This document shows positions 30,114 through 41,106 of a stretch of DNA of 64,000 nt, in pieces (position 1 is the stretch's first letter; the number at the start of each line of letters is the position of its first letter). The translations under genes and the position numbers were made by a program. Source of the DNA: an uncultured Solirubrobacterales bacterium (GTDB taxonomy: Bacteria; Actinomycetota; Thermoleophilia; Solirubrobacterales; Solirubrobacteraceae). The stretch covers positions 46,599 to 110,598 of the forward strand of contig CAVSCQ010000021.1 of NCBI GenBank assembly GCA_963726465.1, given 5' to 3'. A model generated the notes under the pieces. It did no database searches and was not told where the DNA came from. It saw only the letters and a list, made by a program, of their open reading frames with translations.

Positions 30114-33100
30114 CTATTTCCTCTTCTTACCCTTCGTTTTCTTCTTCTTCGTGGCGATGTGCTTCGTGCAGCCGGTGACGCCGATCGGGGTGGATTGTTT
30201 GACCGTCGCGCCGTTTTGGGCTGTGAACATGGTCGGCATAGCGAGTTTGATGGTGCAGAGGTTGCCGTTGGCAGCGAGTGCTGAGTCTGTGCCCTCGGGG
30301 AGATTCAGCGTGAATACGCCGATTGGGACGTCTGGTACTTGGCGGAATGTGCTACTTGTGATGCCTGCTTTGCTGATGAACGTTTCGCCGTGCAGGTCCA
30401 CGGTGATTCCTTGTCCTTGGAGGACGATGACCAGTTCGGGGAACTTCGCGCCACCGTGGGATACGAAATATGCGGGTCCGGTGAGGATTGCTTGGAGGAT
30501 GGGTGTGGTTGCTGTCGCGGTCCCGACCTTCGATCCTGAGGGACAGTTTGCGGGGTTCGTGTTGAATGTGCTGTCAGGACAAGCCTTTTGCAGGGTTGTC
30601 AGGCGGGATGGGAGTTGCTTTGGTAGGTCTACCTTGACGCTCTTGATGTTCGCTTGCGATCCGAACGAGGCTTTGGGGTAGGCGAGCTTGACTGTCAGGC
30701 TAGCCCCGTCTTTACGCGAGGTTTTCCCTTGAGTGGACACGTTGAACTGTGGTTTGAAGCCGAGTGTCGCGCAGTTGGTGACTTGGAATGAGGAGGAGAC
30801 TGGTTGTGTTGCGCCTTGGGTGCTCGACAGCGCTCCTGTGAATCCTTGTTTCGTGCAGTTGGTGGGGTTGAACGTGAATCCTGGGCGTTCCATACGAAGA
30901 TCCACACGCCTGAGTCTGAGGGGGATCCCGTCGATGATCGTGGGGAACGGGTCTGAGACGTCGGTGACTTGTGAGGTGAGCGGGTCTATCCGTAGCGATT
31001 GGCGTACGACGACTGTGCCGAAGTTGAACGGGCCCGCAACAGCCGGCACTACCACAGCGAGTCCGTATGGTCCGCCGTTGTAGGGGCCGGTCAGGTAGGC
31101 CTTGCCGTTCACGAACAGTGGGTCTGGACCCGGTCCGACACCTGTGGAGACCGATCCTACCTGTGTGCTTTCAGGACATGTTCCCGCTGCCGCGTCAGCG
31201 TTCGAGCAGAGCGGTATCCCTGTCAGGTTGGCTAGCAGTCCTGGTGGTAGCGTGACGCTCAACCCACCCAATTCCTGGTCGGTGTCTGACCGTGAGAAGG
31301 AGGCTACGAACGTTGTATAGGCTCCTGCTTGCAGGTTCGTGGATCCCGCCGTGAACGACGGCGCGAATCCTTTCCCGCAGTTTTCGTCGATCGGGAAATC
31401 ATCGAACGGTGTGGGGATCGGACCGGAATCCGGGGCTGACCAAGGTGTCAGTTCAGTGGCCGTCGAATATGTTCCGCAGGTTTGCGGTGTCGCGAGCTCT
31501 GCTCTTGGTCCACCGAAGAAGTGCAGCTTCAGGTCTGAGAATGGTAGTTGCGGGTTTTCATCGAATACCGCAGTGATCCGTCCTGTGATTGGGTTTGGTA
31601 GGAACTCACCCGCGATCTTGACGAGAACACCTGTTACGGGGTCGTTGACGACGACGTATGCGGCGAGTAGTGTTTTGAATGGGTTTTCTTCTTGGCGTGC
31701 CAAATACAGTGCGCCGGTCAGCGTGTTCGGGATCAGCGGGGTTTGCAGTTCGAGTGATCCGATCTTTGACGCTTCTGGGCATTCCGGCTCGGCGGGATCG
31801 AAGTTCATCGTGCTCGGTCCAACCCAACCGATCTGCGCCTCTCAGCACGCGGCTAGCCCGTCACCCGCGGAGGGATCGACCGTGAACCCTTCAGGGAGCT
31901 TCACCACAGCATTCTTCAGGGTCGATGCCGCGAGTGTGCCTGTTTCCTCGGGTTGGGGTTCTGCTTGATCTCAAATTCCATACCTGAGGGGGTATCCGCT
32001 TCATGAGTCGTGGGTTGCGCACCAATTTCAGGCGTGAACTGCAAAGCATTGCAACCAGTCACCGCGGGGGAAACCGACTGGCCGTGGGCTCCTGAGATCC
32101 ATGCGGGATCGTTCAGTTCGGGGGTGCCGTTGGCTTCCAACTGTCCCGGGTCGGCCCACGAGTCCATGTAGATCGACGCGACCAACGGACCATTATCACA
32201 ACCCGTCGGGTTCGTGAAGTACGGGATTTGCGCGTTACCAGACCCATCACGCAAAGCGGGATCACCATAAAACGTCACAACAATATGATCCAAGGAGATC
32301 TGCGGAATATCAGGATTGATCGTTTGCAGAACATAACCCTGGGACGTCGGCACGACGTGCACGTCAGAATACGTGCGGACCCTCCAGGGCGTCGTGGTAG
32401 GCGAACTCGGCTGGGACGCCACGCTCGGGTACCATGTTATAGATCGGGCTGTTGACCGAATCGCCCTGTTTGGGTTCTGTGAGGATGTGGCCGACCACGG
32501 TGTTTGGTGGACAGCCACCAACGATCTCTGCGTGTTTTTGACCTTCGACTTCTATTAGGTATTGGGAGGATAGTTGTGAGAATGTGCACTCGGGTGCGGA
32601 TAGTATGCTCCCGACGAAGCCCAACGGGAGATTCACCACAATATCCTTGGGGTCTTCAACGGTCGTGGTTCTATATCCTGCGTCCGGGGCTTGCCTGAAC
32701 TCGTTGTTCAGGTCGATCGTCGTGGTAAGCTCATACGGGTGATCCCCGGCCTGCGTGTCGCGCGCACCATCGAGCCCGGCGATATAGAATTCGAAGTTGG
32801 CCGGACCGAACGGCGTTGAGGTGCTGCCGACAGTGTTTTCGACCGTTGTCGATTGTTCCGGTGCGCCACCACCGGACACCGTCGCCATGTTCGTCAAAGC
32901 GCCTGCGGCTGTCGGATCGTTGACCGTCACGTTTATTTGCATCGTCAGTGTTTCATCTGGACCCAACGCTTCGGGGATTATGTGTTCATGCAGAAACTCA
33001 CCGGGATATTGACACTTCACCGTAGTCGGCGTCGTCGTGCACAAGTATTCTCGCAGCTGAATCGGGTCAGGATTTATTTCTTCTTCGTTTACCGCTGGAG

Positions 33101-33398
33101 TGGCGTATAGAGAGACGCTATTCACGGTCACTTGGGGAGAGAGCGTATCCGTGAGCACGATATTGCTGCCATCGGTCGGGACGCTACCGGAATTGGTCGC
33201 GACGACATTATAAGAATCACATTCTTTACCGTTGATGCATGCGGAGTTATCGTTTGCGGAGAAGTTTGACGGGGTCGCGTACGAGTTCATCGTCCATCCT
33301 GGAGCGCGCGCCGCTGCATTTGCGCATGCGCTTCCCAACGTGAGCAAACCTAGAAGTACAGCGGCTACCACCGTCGCACGGATGCTTACCATGATCAT
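30114..33398 (-). pseudogene. Large secreted beta-rich protein (~1090 aa), frameshifted (assembly error or pseudogene)
   Basis: Signal peptide at 33398; coherent sequence continues across ORFs 32364-33461, 31916-32521, 30114-31808; Lys-rich tail. Confidence 0.75.
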
Positions 33399-36300
33399 TT
33401 GGCCCCCTTGTGAGACTTGGCTTTCCGCTTCTGCACTCGCTTTGCCCTCGCCTTCACGCACTTGTCATGAACACGCTTCTCACCCTTCGCGCACTTGGTC
33501 GCCTTCTTCACGACCGTTTTCCTCGTTGATGTCGAAAGTGGCGTGAGGTTGCCCTGACCGTTGAATGTCGCGCTCGGCACGTTCGGCGAGAGTGGCGTAC
33601 CGGCCGGTGTGCCGTGACATGTTTCGCCAATGCATGGCGGCAATGGTGGGGGCGCCTGTTTGACGCACGGACTTTCGCTCGTACAAGTACGCGCGTCGTA
33701 ATAGTCAAGCTCGGTATCGGTATCTGCAGGTAGGAGCTGATCCGCGGTTGAAAAGAACACGTTCGAACCCGTCGCATCGGTACCGACAAGACACACCGAC
33801 GATCCTCCCCCGGCTGGCCCGCAGACCGAGCTTGCACCCGTGTTCTCGGCGACATCGCGACCGTCGGAGATCAGATACACATGACCTTCATGCCACTCAT
33901 ACACATTCTGAGCGTAATACGTGCGGCCGTCGGTTTCCGCGATCACCACATCGTTCAATGCTTGCGGAGTGAGACCGACCGAACTGTCAAAAAACACATA
34001 AGACCCATCGTTTGACATCGTCGGATCACGCCGAGCCGCTCCTACTGGACCTACGATATTAGCATCCTCCGAACAGAAAACTATGTTGCATATTGACGGC
34101 GTCTGACTATTGCCGTTGTCGTTGAAACCTTCATTCCCGATTGAAATACGCGTCAGTTCCCCGGTCTGTGCGTCATAGCGGAATACTTGTTCCGCGCCAG
34201 CTCATGCTTGTATGCGTCAACCGTCAGACTGTGCACGGCTCTCGAATACGAGGGTAACGACCATCCGGCGTCACGTTCGGTTCGCCTTCTGACACGCCGC
34301 GGCGTGCCGCATGATGACAATGCAGACCGTTCGGATACGCCGCGTCGCGCTCGAACACATAAAGATTCTCAGCACCGTTGAGAGCGATCTGACCCTGACT
34401 ATTGGGACTACTCGTCAGGACACCCTGGGCGGTGAAATAAACATGCGACCCATCCGAGGAGACAGCAAGCACACTCACGACACGAGGACCCGCACGCGCT
34501 GCTATCGCCAGCGGAAACATCGACGAGATTATGACCTTCGGGACCATCGAAATGGTACAAGTACCAAGTTGTTCTGGCCTTCGCTGACATTATCGATGAG
34601 TCGTTGCGTGGAGGTGAAGATACACCTTCGAGCCATCGCGGAAGCACCCGTGAAACGAGCGTTCTTCGGTTCGGATGACAGGCACGCACCAGTGCATTCG
34701 CTCGGGGATCGCTGAGAGATCGCGACCGTATGAGCGTCCGCCATTTCACCATCCACACGCGCAAACAACTCGTTTGCCGGCACCACCGTTTTGCTGTTCG
34801 CACCAGAACCCTTAGAGCATTTTTCTGCGACGAAATACACGGTCTGACCGTAGATGGAGAGCACTCCCGGACCTACAGGGGTCCGGTTTTACAGCGCACT
34901 GATCAAACTCGTGCTGTCCTGACCGCCACTCACACCGACCGCAAAAGGTTGAGAGTTGCCGCTACCGACATACTCATAAAGGGTCGCGCCTGTGGATTCG
35001 ACAAGTCGCCGAGCTTTGCTGAGGTCTTCGAACACCAGATGCGAGTAGTCAGAAGTCGCCACACCAAGCTCTCGTATGCCGCCGATCCATCAGTCGGTGG
35101 TGATGCCGGGCCGATATCGACGAACGTCCCGTTCGGCTGACGCGCATAGAAATCATCCTCACCGAAATGGTTCCGTCGGAGCACCAAAGAGCGCCATCCC
35201 ACTTTCAGCATTATACGCAAGAGAAGAACTCACGCGAAACCGGGTTACAGGCGGTGCTAGCGCGGTCGTCACCCAACCATCGGTGGTACGCGAAAAAGCG
35301 TAGAACGAGCCAGCACCCGAACGAAGGGCAGTACACGAAGTCGCATCGCCAAAACACTGGATCGCAGTGGTAATCAGGCGCGACCCATCTTCGGAGACCT
35401 TAGGCTGGACACCCAACAGACTTACATCGGTGAGCAGCGCACCGTTCTTCTGCGGCGGACTGACCATCTCATATTGACGCCCATCCGGCAGACCACCCCC
35501 GCTCGTACTGTACACAAACCTATGATCGGCACCAGTCGTGGTGCCATTCGCGTTCCTAGCAACCACCCGCCAATGATAGGTGGCCGTACCCGCGTGCAAA
35601 CCCGACAGATGCCAGGAACGCACCACATCGCCAGTGCCCGCACCGACATTTTCTTCACCACCGAAAACCGGCAAGCTTTCACCATACGCGGTGCTCGTAC
35701 CCCATTCGATATGAATGGTCGTGTCATACCCATTCGGATCGACCTTTGCCGTCAGATCGGCAGATTCAAGCGTCACATTCGTCGCTACAGCACTATCAAC
35801 CGACGGCGGCGGCAAAGTAGAGAAACTCGCATCCTGACCATAATTAGCGCCATTTGAGTTTGCTACGACCAATCGAAAATGATAAGTCGTACCACGTTCA
35901 AGACCAGTAACGTGGGCCGAGACCGAATGATCACTCTGATCGCTCGGGATCGAACCCGCCGCAGGAACACAAGGCGCGGTCTGACCATAAAGCGTGCCAA
36001 GCCCATATTCGAAATAACAACTCGTGAGCTGAGTCCCATCCGGATCGATCGCACCTTCAAGCGTCGCCGACGTCGACTGGACTTCCGACACCGCACCCGT
36101 AGACACGTCCGGAACCACCCTCCCAGAACCAAACACCTCAACCAACGACTGAACGCTTCCGTCATTGTAGAATTCATGTCCCCTTGGATCGGTGACATAC
36201 ACTTCACCCGCCGCAGACAACGCGAGACCACTAGGTTCCATGAGACCCAGAGGCGTCTCACTACCAGAGATCTGCCCAGAAAAACACCAGACGCATCGAA

Positions 36301-37179
36301 CTGATCGACGAAACCATCACCGTTGCGTAGACCTTCGTCGGCGACATAAATATCACCATTCGACGAATCGACCGCGACGTTCAAACTTTCTCCTTCAAAC
36401 GCGCCGTTCGGCGGAGTGATTTCCGACTGATATTCGCCTTTCGCATTGAACGTATAAGCGTGGGGATGTTCGCCCACTTCGACAGCGTACACATCACCGG
36501 CGGCCAGGCCAGTCGAATTGTCCACGGCCACACCTTTCACCTGTTGGAGGGGACCGTTGGGTGTTTCACTCGCAAACACCGTCAACTGCGAAGTGGACGG
36601 TTCAAACTCATACAAGCCTTCATCGCCACCGATATACACGTGACCCGTCGTCTTATCGACAGCCACCGAAGACGGGAAAGGTACACCGGTGATTTCCGAT
36701 TCGTATTCCCCGGTCGCGCTGAACTTCTCGACAACCCGGTTCGCAACGATATACAAGTCGCCCGTTGCAGGATCAACCGCCACGGCTTCCATCGATACGA
36801 AAGATCCGCTCGGTGTGCCCGACGTCAAAGGATCACACTCTGATGCAGGCGGAATCGTCATTGTGGTGCTACCCGCACCGGTGATCTGACAAAGATATTT
36901 CGAATCGGGCTCAGGAGAGAACTTATCGATCGCGTGCGCAGTGTGATCGATCACATACACGTCGCCGGCAGACACGCTTGCGGAATCGTCAACCGCAACA
37001 TGCAGTTGGTCGGTGCCAATTTCTGTGAGAAACCCTCCCGCCGGTGTTTCACTACCGGTGAGCTGCGCAAGAAACGGATGCTCCACCAGAGCAAAAGCAG
37101 GCACGCTCACAAACAACAAGCCACCAACCACCACAACCAACGACACGAACCCCGAGACGACAAGCCTACGAGCACCCAT
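33395..37179 (-). pseudogene. Large secreted NHL-repeat/FN3-like/beta-propeller protein (~1260 aa), multiply frameshifted
   Basis: Signal peptide at 37179; VAVD...GDVYV repeats; TTYHFRLVVANSNG; SSDGSHVYF-type blades; ATGA overlap with next gene. Confidence 0.75.
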
Positions 37180-37383
37180 CAAACCCCTCCTCACGCACAC
37201 CCGGACAAGAAGACCCACCCGAGCCCGGGCAGCACAAAACCACCACAGGCACACAACCCGCGGCGGCAAAAGAAGATGAAGCGCCGCGACAGCGACGCAG
37301 AAGACCAAGCCGGGTCCTACACCCGGCTAGCCGCGCGATACGGCCGCGGCGAAGAGGACTAGACCCTAGAGGCCGACTGTCCC

Positions 37384-37428
37384 GAGAGAGAGAGAGAGAG
37401 AGAGACGCGTCAGCAACGCTGACGCGTC
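37384..37428. repeat. (GA)11 microsatellite followed by 11-bp hairpin
   Basis: GA run 37384-37405; GACGCGTCAGC-AAC-GCTGACGCGTC. Confidence 0.85.
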
Positions 37429-37592
37429 CTATAACGGACGCGCCAGAAGCACACGGACTCTCAAACACGTTATTCCCCAATGAATGCACGCGAAATTCAA
37501 CTCCCTCTCAGAAGCGACCCGGTCCCTCTCCCAAGGTCCCCGTCAAACGTTTAGCTGCCAGCCACGAAGACCGACCCTTACCTGACCTTATG

Positions 37593-37642
37593 TTTGCCCC
37601 CCGATTGGGGGTTTGCCCCCGCATGGGGGTCCCCTCTGGGGA
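37593..37642. promoter_or_regulatory. Tandem CCCCC-N4-GGGGG palindromic boxes (putative operators)
   Basis: TTTGCCCCCCGATTGGGGG, TTTGCCCCCGCATGGGGG, TCCCCTCTGGGGA. Confidence 0.5.
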
Positions 37643-37836
37643 TCTGACGCCCACAACGGAGGCCAGACAGGAGCACCATAACCGACCCATGCCTCTTTGT
37701 CAAGGTATCGTTCCTTATAGGTCAGTGGTTAGCAAGAAACGGATCTAGGTAACATGACCGACACTACGCGCACAGCAGCACACCGACCGACTGCGCCCGG
37801 GTCACGCGGGGAATGCGTCTGCGATCATGGGTGCCC

Positions 37837-38538
37837 ATGTCCGACCGCCACTTCGTCAAGTACACCTTCCTCAAGCTCGATCCGGCCTGGCGTCGCCTGG
37901 ACTCGGACACACGCGCTGAGGGCAAGCAAGAGTTCTCGGCCGCCTGCGAGGACTTCGCCGACGGCCACCTGCTGCAATCCTTCTCGCTGGTCGGCACTCG
38001 CGGCGACGCGGACCTGCTGCTCATTTCCGAGGCCGAGAACCTCGACCGTATCCACGAGTTCCACGTCGTCCTCGCGCAGAGCGGCCTGATGAAGTGGGCC
38101 GGGCAGCCCTACTCCTTCCTGGGCATGCGCAAGAACTCGGAATACTCCGAAGACGAGCGCGTGAACCCACGCGGTTTCAAGGGCAAGTACGTGTTCGTGT
38201 ACCCATTCGTGAAGTCGCGCGAGTGGTATGCCTTGCCCGCCGAGGAGCGCTGGCGGATCATGCAAGGCCACATCACGGTGGGCCGCGAATACCCGGGGGT
38301 GGACAACCACACCACCTACTCCTTCGGCCTCGATGACCAGGAGTTCGTGGTCGCCTTCGATACCGACGACGTGGGCACGTTCCTGGACCTCGTCCAGCGT
38401 CTGCGCACGACCGAGGCCTCACGCTTCACGGTCAGGGACACACCAAGCTTTACCTGCATAGCGTGCTCCTTGGAGCGTGCCCTCAACGCGCTCGACGGCG
38501 AGCCCATAGCCCTCGACACGCAGGCACTGCGTGGTTGA
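37837..38538 (+). CDS. chdC: Chlorite dismutase-family protein, probable coproheme decarboxylase
   Basis: VYPFVKSREWY, MQGH, YSFGLDDQEFVVAF. Confidence 0.75.
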   Translation: MSDRHFVKYTFLKLDPAWRRLDSDTRAEGKQEFSAACEDFADGHLLQSFSLVGTRGDADLLLISEAENLDRIHEFHVVLAQSGLMKWAGQPYSFLGMRKNSEYSEDERVNPRGFKGKYVFVYPFVKSREWYALPAEERWRIMQGHITVGREYPGVDNHTTYSFGLDDQEFVVAFDTDDVGTFLDLVQRLRTTEASRFTVRDTPSFTCIACSLERALNALDGEPIALDTQALRG

Positions 38539-38542
38539 GCGG

Positions 38543-39253
38543 ATGAGCCCCGCTGCCAAAAGAACGACCTCAGCCGCGAGCCCAGGCCGAACAAACTCAC
38601 CGGCGCCTCAAGCTTCGCCCAAGCGCAAAGCCACTTCGCAGAAGGCGGCGGTCGAGGAGCTGCGCGCCTCCGACCCCACGATGGCCGGCCTGATCGACAT
38701 GTGCGGCGTGCTCTCGAGCCCTCCACGCAAGAAGGCCGATCCCGAGGAGCACTACGGAGCTTTGCTTCACGCGGTCGTCAATCAACAGCTCTCGGTCAAG
38801 GCCGGCGCAGCGATCTACGGCCGGCTCACCGAGCGCTTCGGCGGACATACCCCCACCCCGGAGCAACTGCTGGCAGACGATCCCGAAGAGCTGCGCGCCG
38901 CGGTCGGCCTATCGCGCTCGAAGGTTGGCTTCATGCGCTCCCTGGCCGAACACATCCTCTCCGGCGAACTGGAGCTGGACCGCCTGGACTCCCTCTCAGA
39001 CGAGGAGGTGATGACCGAGCTGGTGGCGGTCAAGGGCATCGGCGAGTGGACGGCCCACATGTTCCTGATGAGCCACCTGCACCGCCCCGACGTGATGGCC
39101 CCCGGGGACTTGGGCATCAAGCGCGCGATCGAAAAGGCCTATGGCCTGGAAGACCCGGACCGTGAGACGATGGAGCGCCTGGCCGAGCGCTGGGCTCCAC
39201 ACCGAACCCTGGCCTGCCGCTACCTGTGGCGCTCTCTGAACAACGAACCGTAG
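38543..39253 (+). CDS. DNA-3-methyladenine glycosylase II family
   Basis: NQQLSVKAG, VKGIGEWTAHMFL, PGDLG, WAPHRT. Confidence 0.9.
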   Translation: MSPAAKRTTSAASPGRTNSPAPQASPKRKATSQKAAVEELRASDPTMAGLIDMCGVLSSPPRKKADPEEHYGALLHAVVNQQLSVKAGAAIYGRLTERFGGHTPTPEQLLADDPEELRAAVGLSRSKVGFMRSLAEHILSGELELDRLDSLSDEEVMTELVAVKGIGEWTAHMFLMSHLHRPDVMAPGDLGIKRAIEKAYGLEDPDRETMERLAERWAPHRTLACRYLWRSLNNEP

Positions 39254-39326
39254 GATGTCCCACACGCTCGCATGTGGGTACCTGTGGCGCTCGCCGGAGA
39301 ACGAGCCAATCTAGAACCCCGAGACC

Positions 39327-39668
39327 TCATAGGTCTATCAGGAAGCGCAGCGCGCGGGAGACACTGAACATCGCCTGCTCGTTGGCAACGCCGAGCCTTG
39401 TGATCAGTCTCAGCTCCGAAACGGACTTTATGTCTTCGCACTTCGCGTAGCTGACCTCGTCCAGCCCTGATGAGTCATCGTCGTCGATCTCGATGTGCGT
39501 GGGAAGGTCCCGGTGGACAGTGGTCAGTGGAACGACGATCACGACGCCTGCGGGACCGTCATTGAGCGCGTTTGCAGATACGACCAGTGCCGGTCGCGTG
39601 CCCGATTGCTCACGCCCGACCGGCTCGCCGAAGTCGATCAGCCAGAGCTCCCCACGGTGGGCGCTCAC
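39327..39668 (-). CDS. mazF: PemK/MazF toxin
   Basis: RGELW...GREQSGTRPALVVS...VVPLTT. Confidence 0.9.
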   Translation of the reverse strand: MSAHRGELWLIDFGEPVGREQSGTRPALVVSANALNDGPAGVVIVVPLTTVHRDLPTHIEIDDDDSSGLDEVSYAKCEDIKSVSELRLITRLGVANEQAMFSVSRALRFLIDL

Positions 39669-39904
39669 GCGGCGCGGTCACGCAGTGCTGGACCTTCGGA
39701 TGAGCGTTCCGCCTCGATCTCCGCCCACACTTCGGGATCGGCGCGCAGCGCTCCGTAGCGCTCCGTCAACCTATCGAAGAACAGTCGACGCTCGAGCGCG
39801 TCTGCCGCCTCGTCCAGCAGTTGGCTCATCGGGCGACCCGTCGCCCGCGCCAGCTCGGCGAACCGATCACGGGTCGGCTCGCTAACCCTCAATGTCGTAC
39901 TCAT
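39665..39904 (-). CDS. RHH-type antitoxin
   Basis: STTLRVSEPTRDRF; GTGA overlap with toxin. Confidence 0.8.
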   Translation of the reverse strand: MSTTLRVSEPTRDRFAELARATGRPMSQLLDEAADALERRLFFDRLTERYGALRADPEVWAEIEAERSSEGPALRDRAA

Positions 39905-39929
39905 AGCGCCAGTCTACAATACTGGCGCT
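39905..39929. promoter_or_regulatory. TA operator palindrome overlapping the -10 element
   Basis: AGCGCCAGT-N7-ACTGGCGCT; TAGACT on minus strand 6 nt before ATG. Confidence 0.6.
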
Positions 39930-39953
39930 TGATCGGTCTACTCGGACCGGTCT

Positions 39954-40307
39954 TTAGACTGCCGAGACCTGCTCTTCCTCCGCTACGCGGAACGAAGACC
40001 CACAGCCACATGCGGCAACCACGTTCGGGTTCTCGACCTTGAAGCCGGCGCCCTGCAGGCTTTCCTGGTAGTCGATGATCGATCCGCTCACGAACTGGAG
40101 GCTCTCTTTGTCGACCAGCAACTGGAGGCCGTGGTCTTCGAATACGAGATCGCTGTCGCGCTTCTCGTCGAAGGCCAGCTGGTACTGGAAGCCTGAGCAG
40201 CCACCGCCCCGCACGCCCACACGCAGTCCGGCGAGCGTGGCATCGGCCTGCTGGGCCTCCAGGAACTCTCGTACCTTCTCCGCGCCCTTGTCCGTGATCG
40301 AGATCAT
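39954..40307 (-). CDS. HesB/IscA/ErpA Fe-S carrier
   Basis: GGGCSGFQY, CGCGSSF. Confidence 0.95.
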   Translation of the reverse strand: MISITDKGAEKVREFLEAQQADATLAGLRVGVRGGGCSGFQYQLAFDEKRDSDLVFEDHGLQLLVDKESLQFVSGSIIDYQESLQGAGFKVENPNVVAACGCGSSFRVAEEEQVSAV

Positions 40308-40355
40308 TGCTTTCCAAAGTATAGCGACCTCGTTTCTTGGCTAAGCTGGGAGCCG

Positions 40356-40586
40356 ATGCCCACAGCCGAGGAGATCAAGCAGCGGATCGAGGCCTCCATC
40401 CCGGGGGCCAGCGCTGACGTCGAGGACTACACCGGGGGCGGCGACCACTTCCGCGCGACGGTCGTGTCGCCGGCTTTTGTCGGACGTAGCCGCATCGAGC
40501 AGCACAAGCTTGTGTATGGCGTGTTCGGCGATGAGATCGGCGGCCCGATCCATGCGCTCTCGCTGAAAACCTCCAGTCAGGAGTAG
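40356..40586 (+). CDS. bolA: BolA-family protein
   Basis: GDHF, SRIEQHKLVY, IHALSLKT. Confidence 0.92.
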   Translation: MPTAEEIKQRIEASIPGASADVEDYTGGGDHFRATVVSPAFVGRSRIEQHKLVYGVFGDEIGGPIHALSLKTSSQE

Positions 40587-40589
40587 CCG

Positions 40590-41018
40590 ATGTCCGACGA
40601 GTCAAACCCCATCCACGATGCGATCGCCGAGGCGATCTCAGAGCACGACACGATCCTGTTCATGAAGGGCACACCTGACGCGCCCGCGTGCGGCTTCTCG
40701 GCGCGCACGGTAGCCATGCTCCAGTCCTTGCAAGCACCATTTGCGGCGGTCGACATCCTGCCTGACCCGCGCATCCGCCAAGAGCTCTCGACGATCTCAG
40801 GCTGGCCCACGATCCCCCAGTTGTTCTTCAAGGGCGAGCTGATCGGCGGTTGCGACATCGTGACCGAGATGTACGAGTCTGGCGAGCTAGCCGAGGCGCT
40901 TGGGCTGGATGTCGACGAGAACACGGCCGACCCTGCACAGCCTGTCGCGAGTGAGCCCCACCCTGAAGGGCACAGGCAACCGGCCGGCTTCACGCCGATC
41001 GAGAATCGCCTTTCATAA
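40590..41018 (+). CDS. grxD: Monothiol glutaredoxin Grx4
   Basis: FMKGTP, CGFS, WPTIPQLF, GGCD. Confidence 0.93.
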   Translation: MSDESNPIHDAIAEAISEHDTILFMKGTPDAPACGFSARTVAMLQSLQAPFAAVDILPDPRIRQELSTISGWPTIPQLFFKGELIGGCDIVTEMYESGELAEALGLDVDENTADPAQPVASEPHPEGHRQPAGFTPIENRLS

Positions 41019-41106
41019 AAGAAGTCGGCCTGCGCCCGCGCGAGGCGAGCCCGATCGAGGCAGCGCAAAGACGCGCTTGCCCGTGCGGTAGGGTCCGCCG
41101 CGCCGC

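Noticed and set aside
39254-39950. Mobile element carrying the TA pair
   Set aside because: No transposase, integrase or flanking direct repeats seen.
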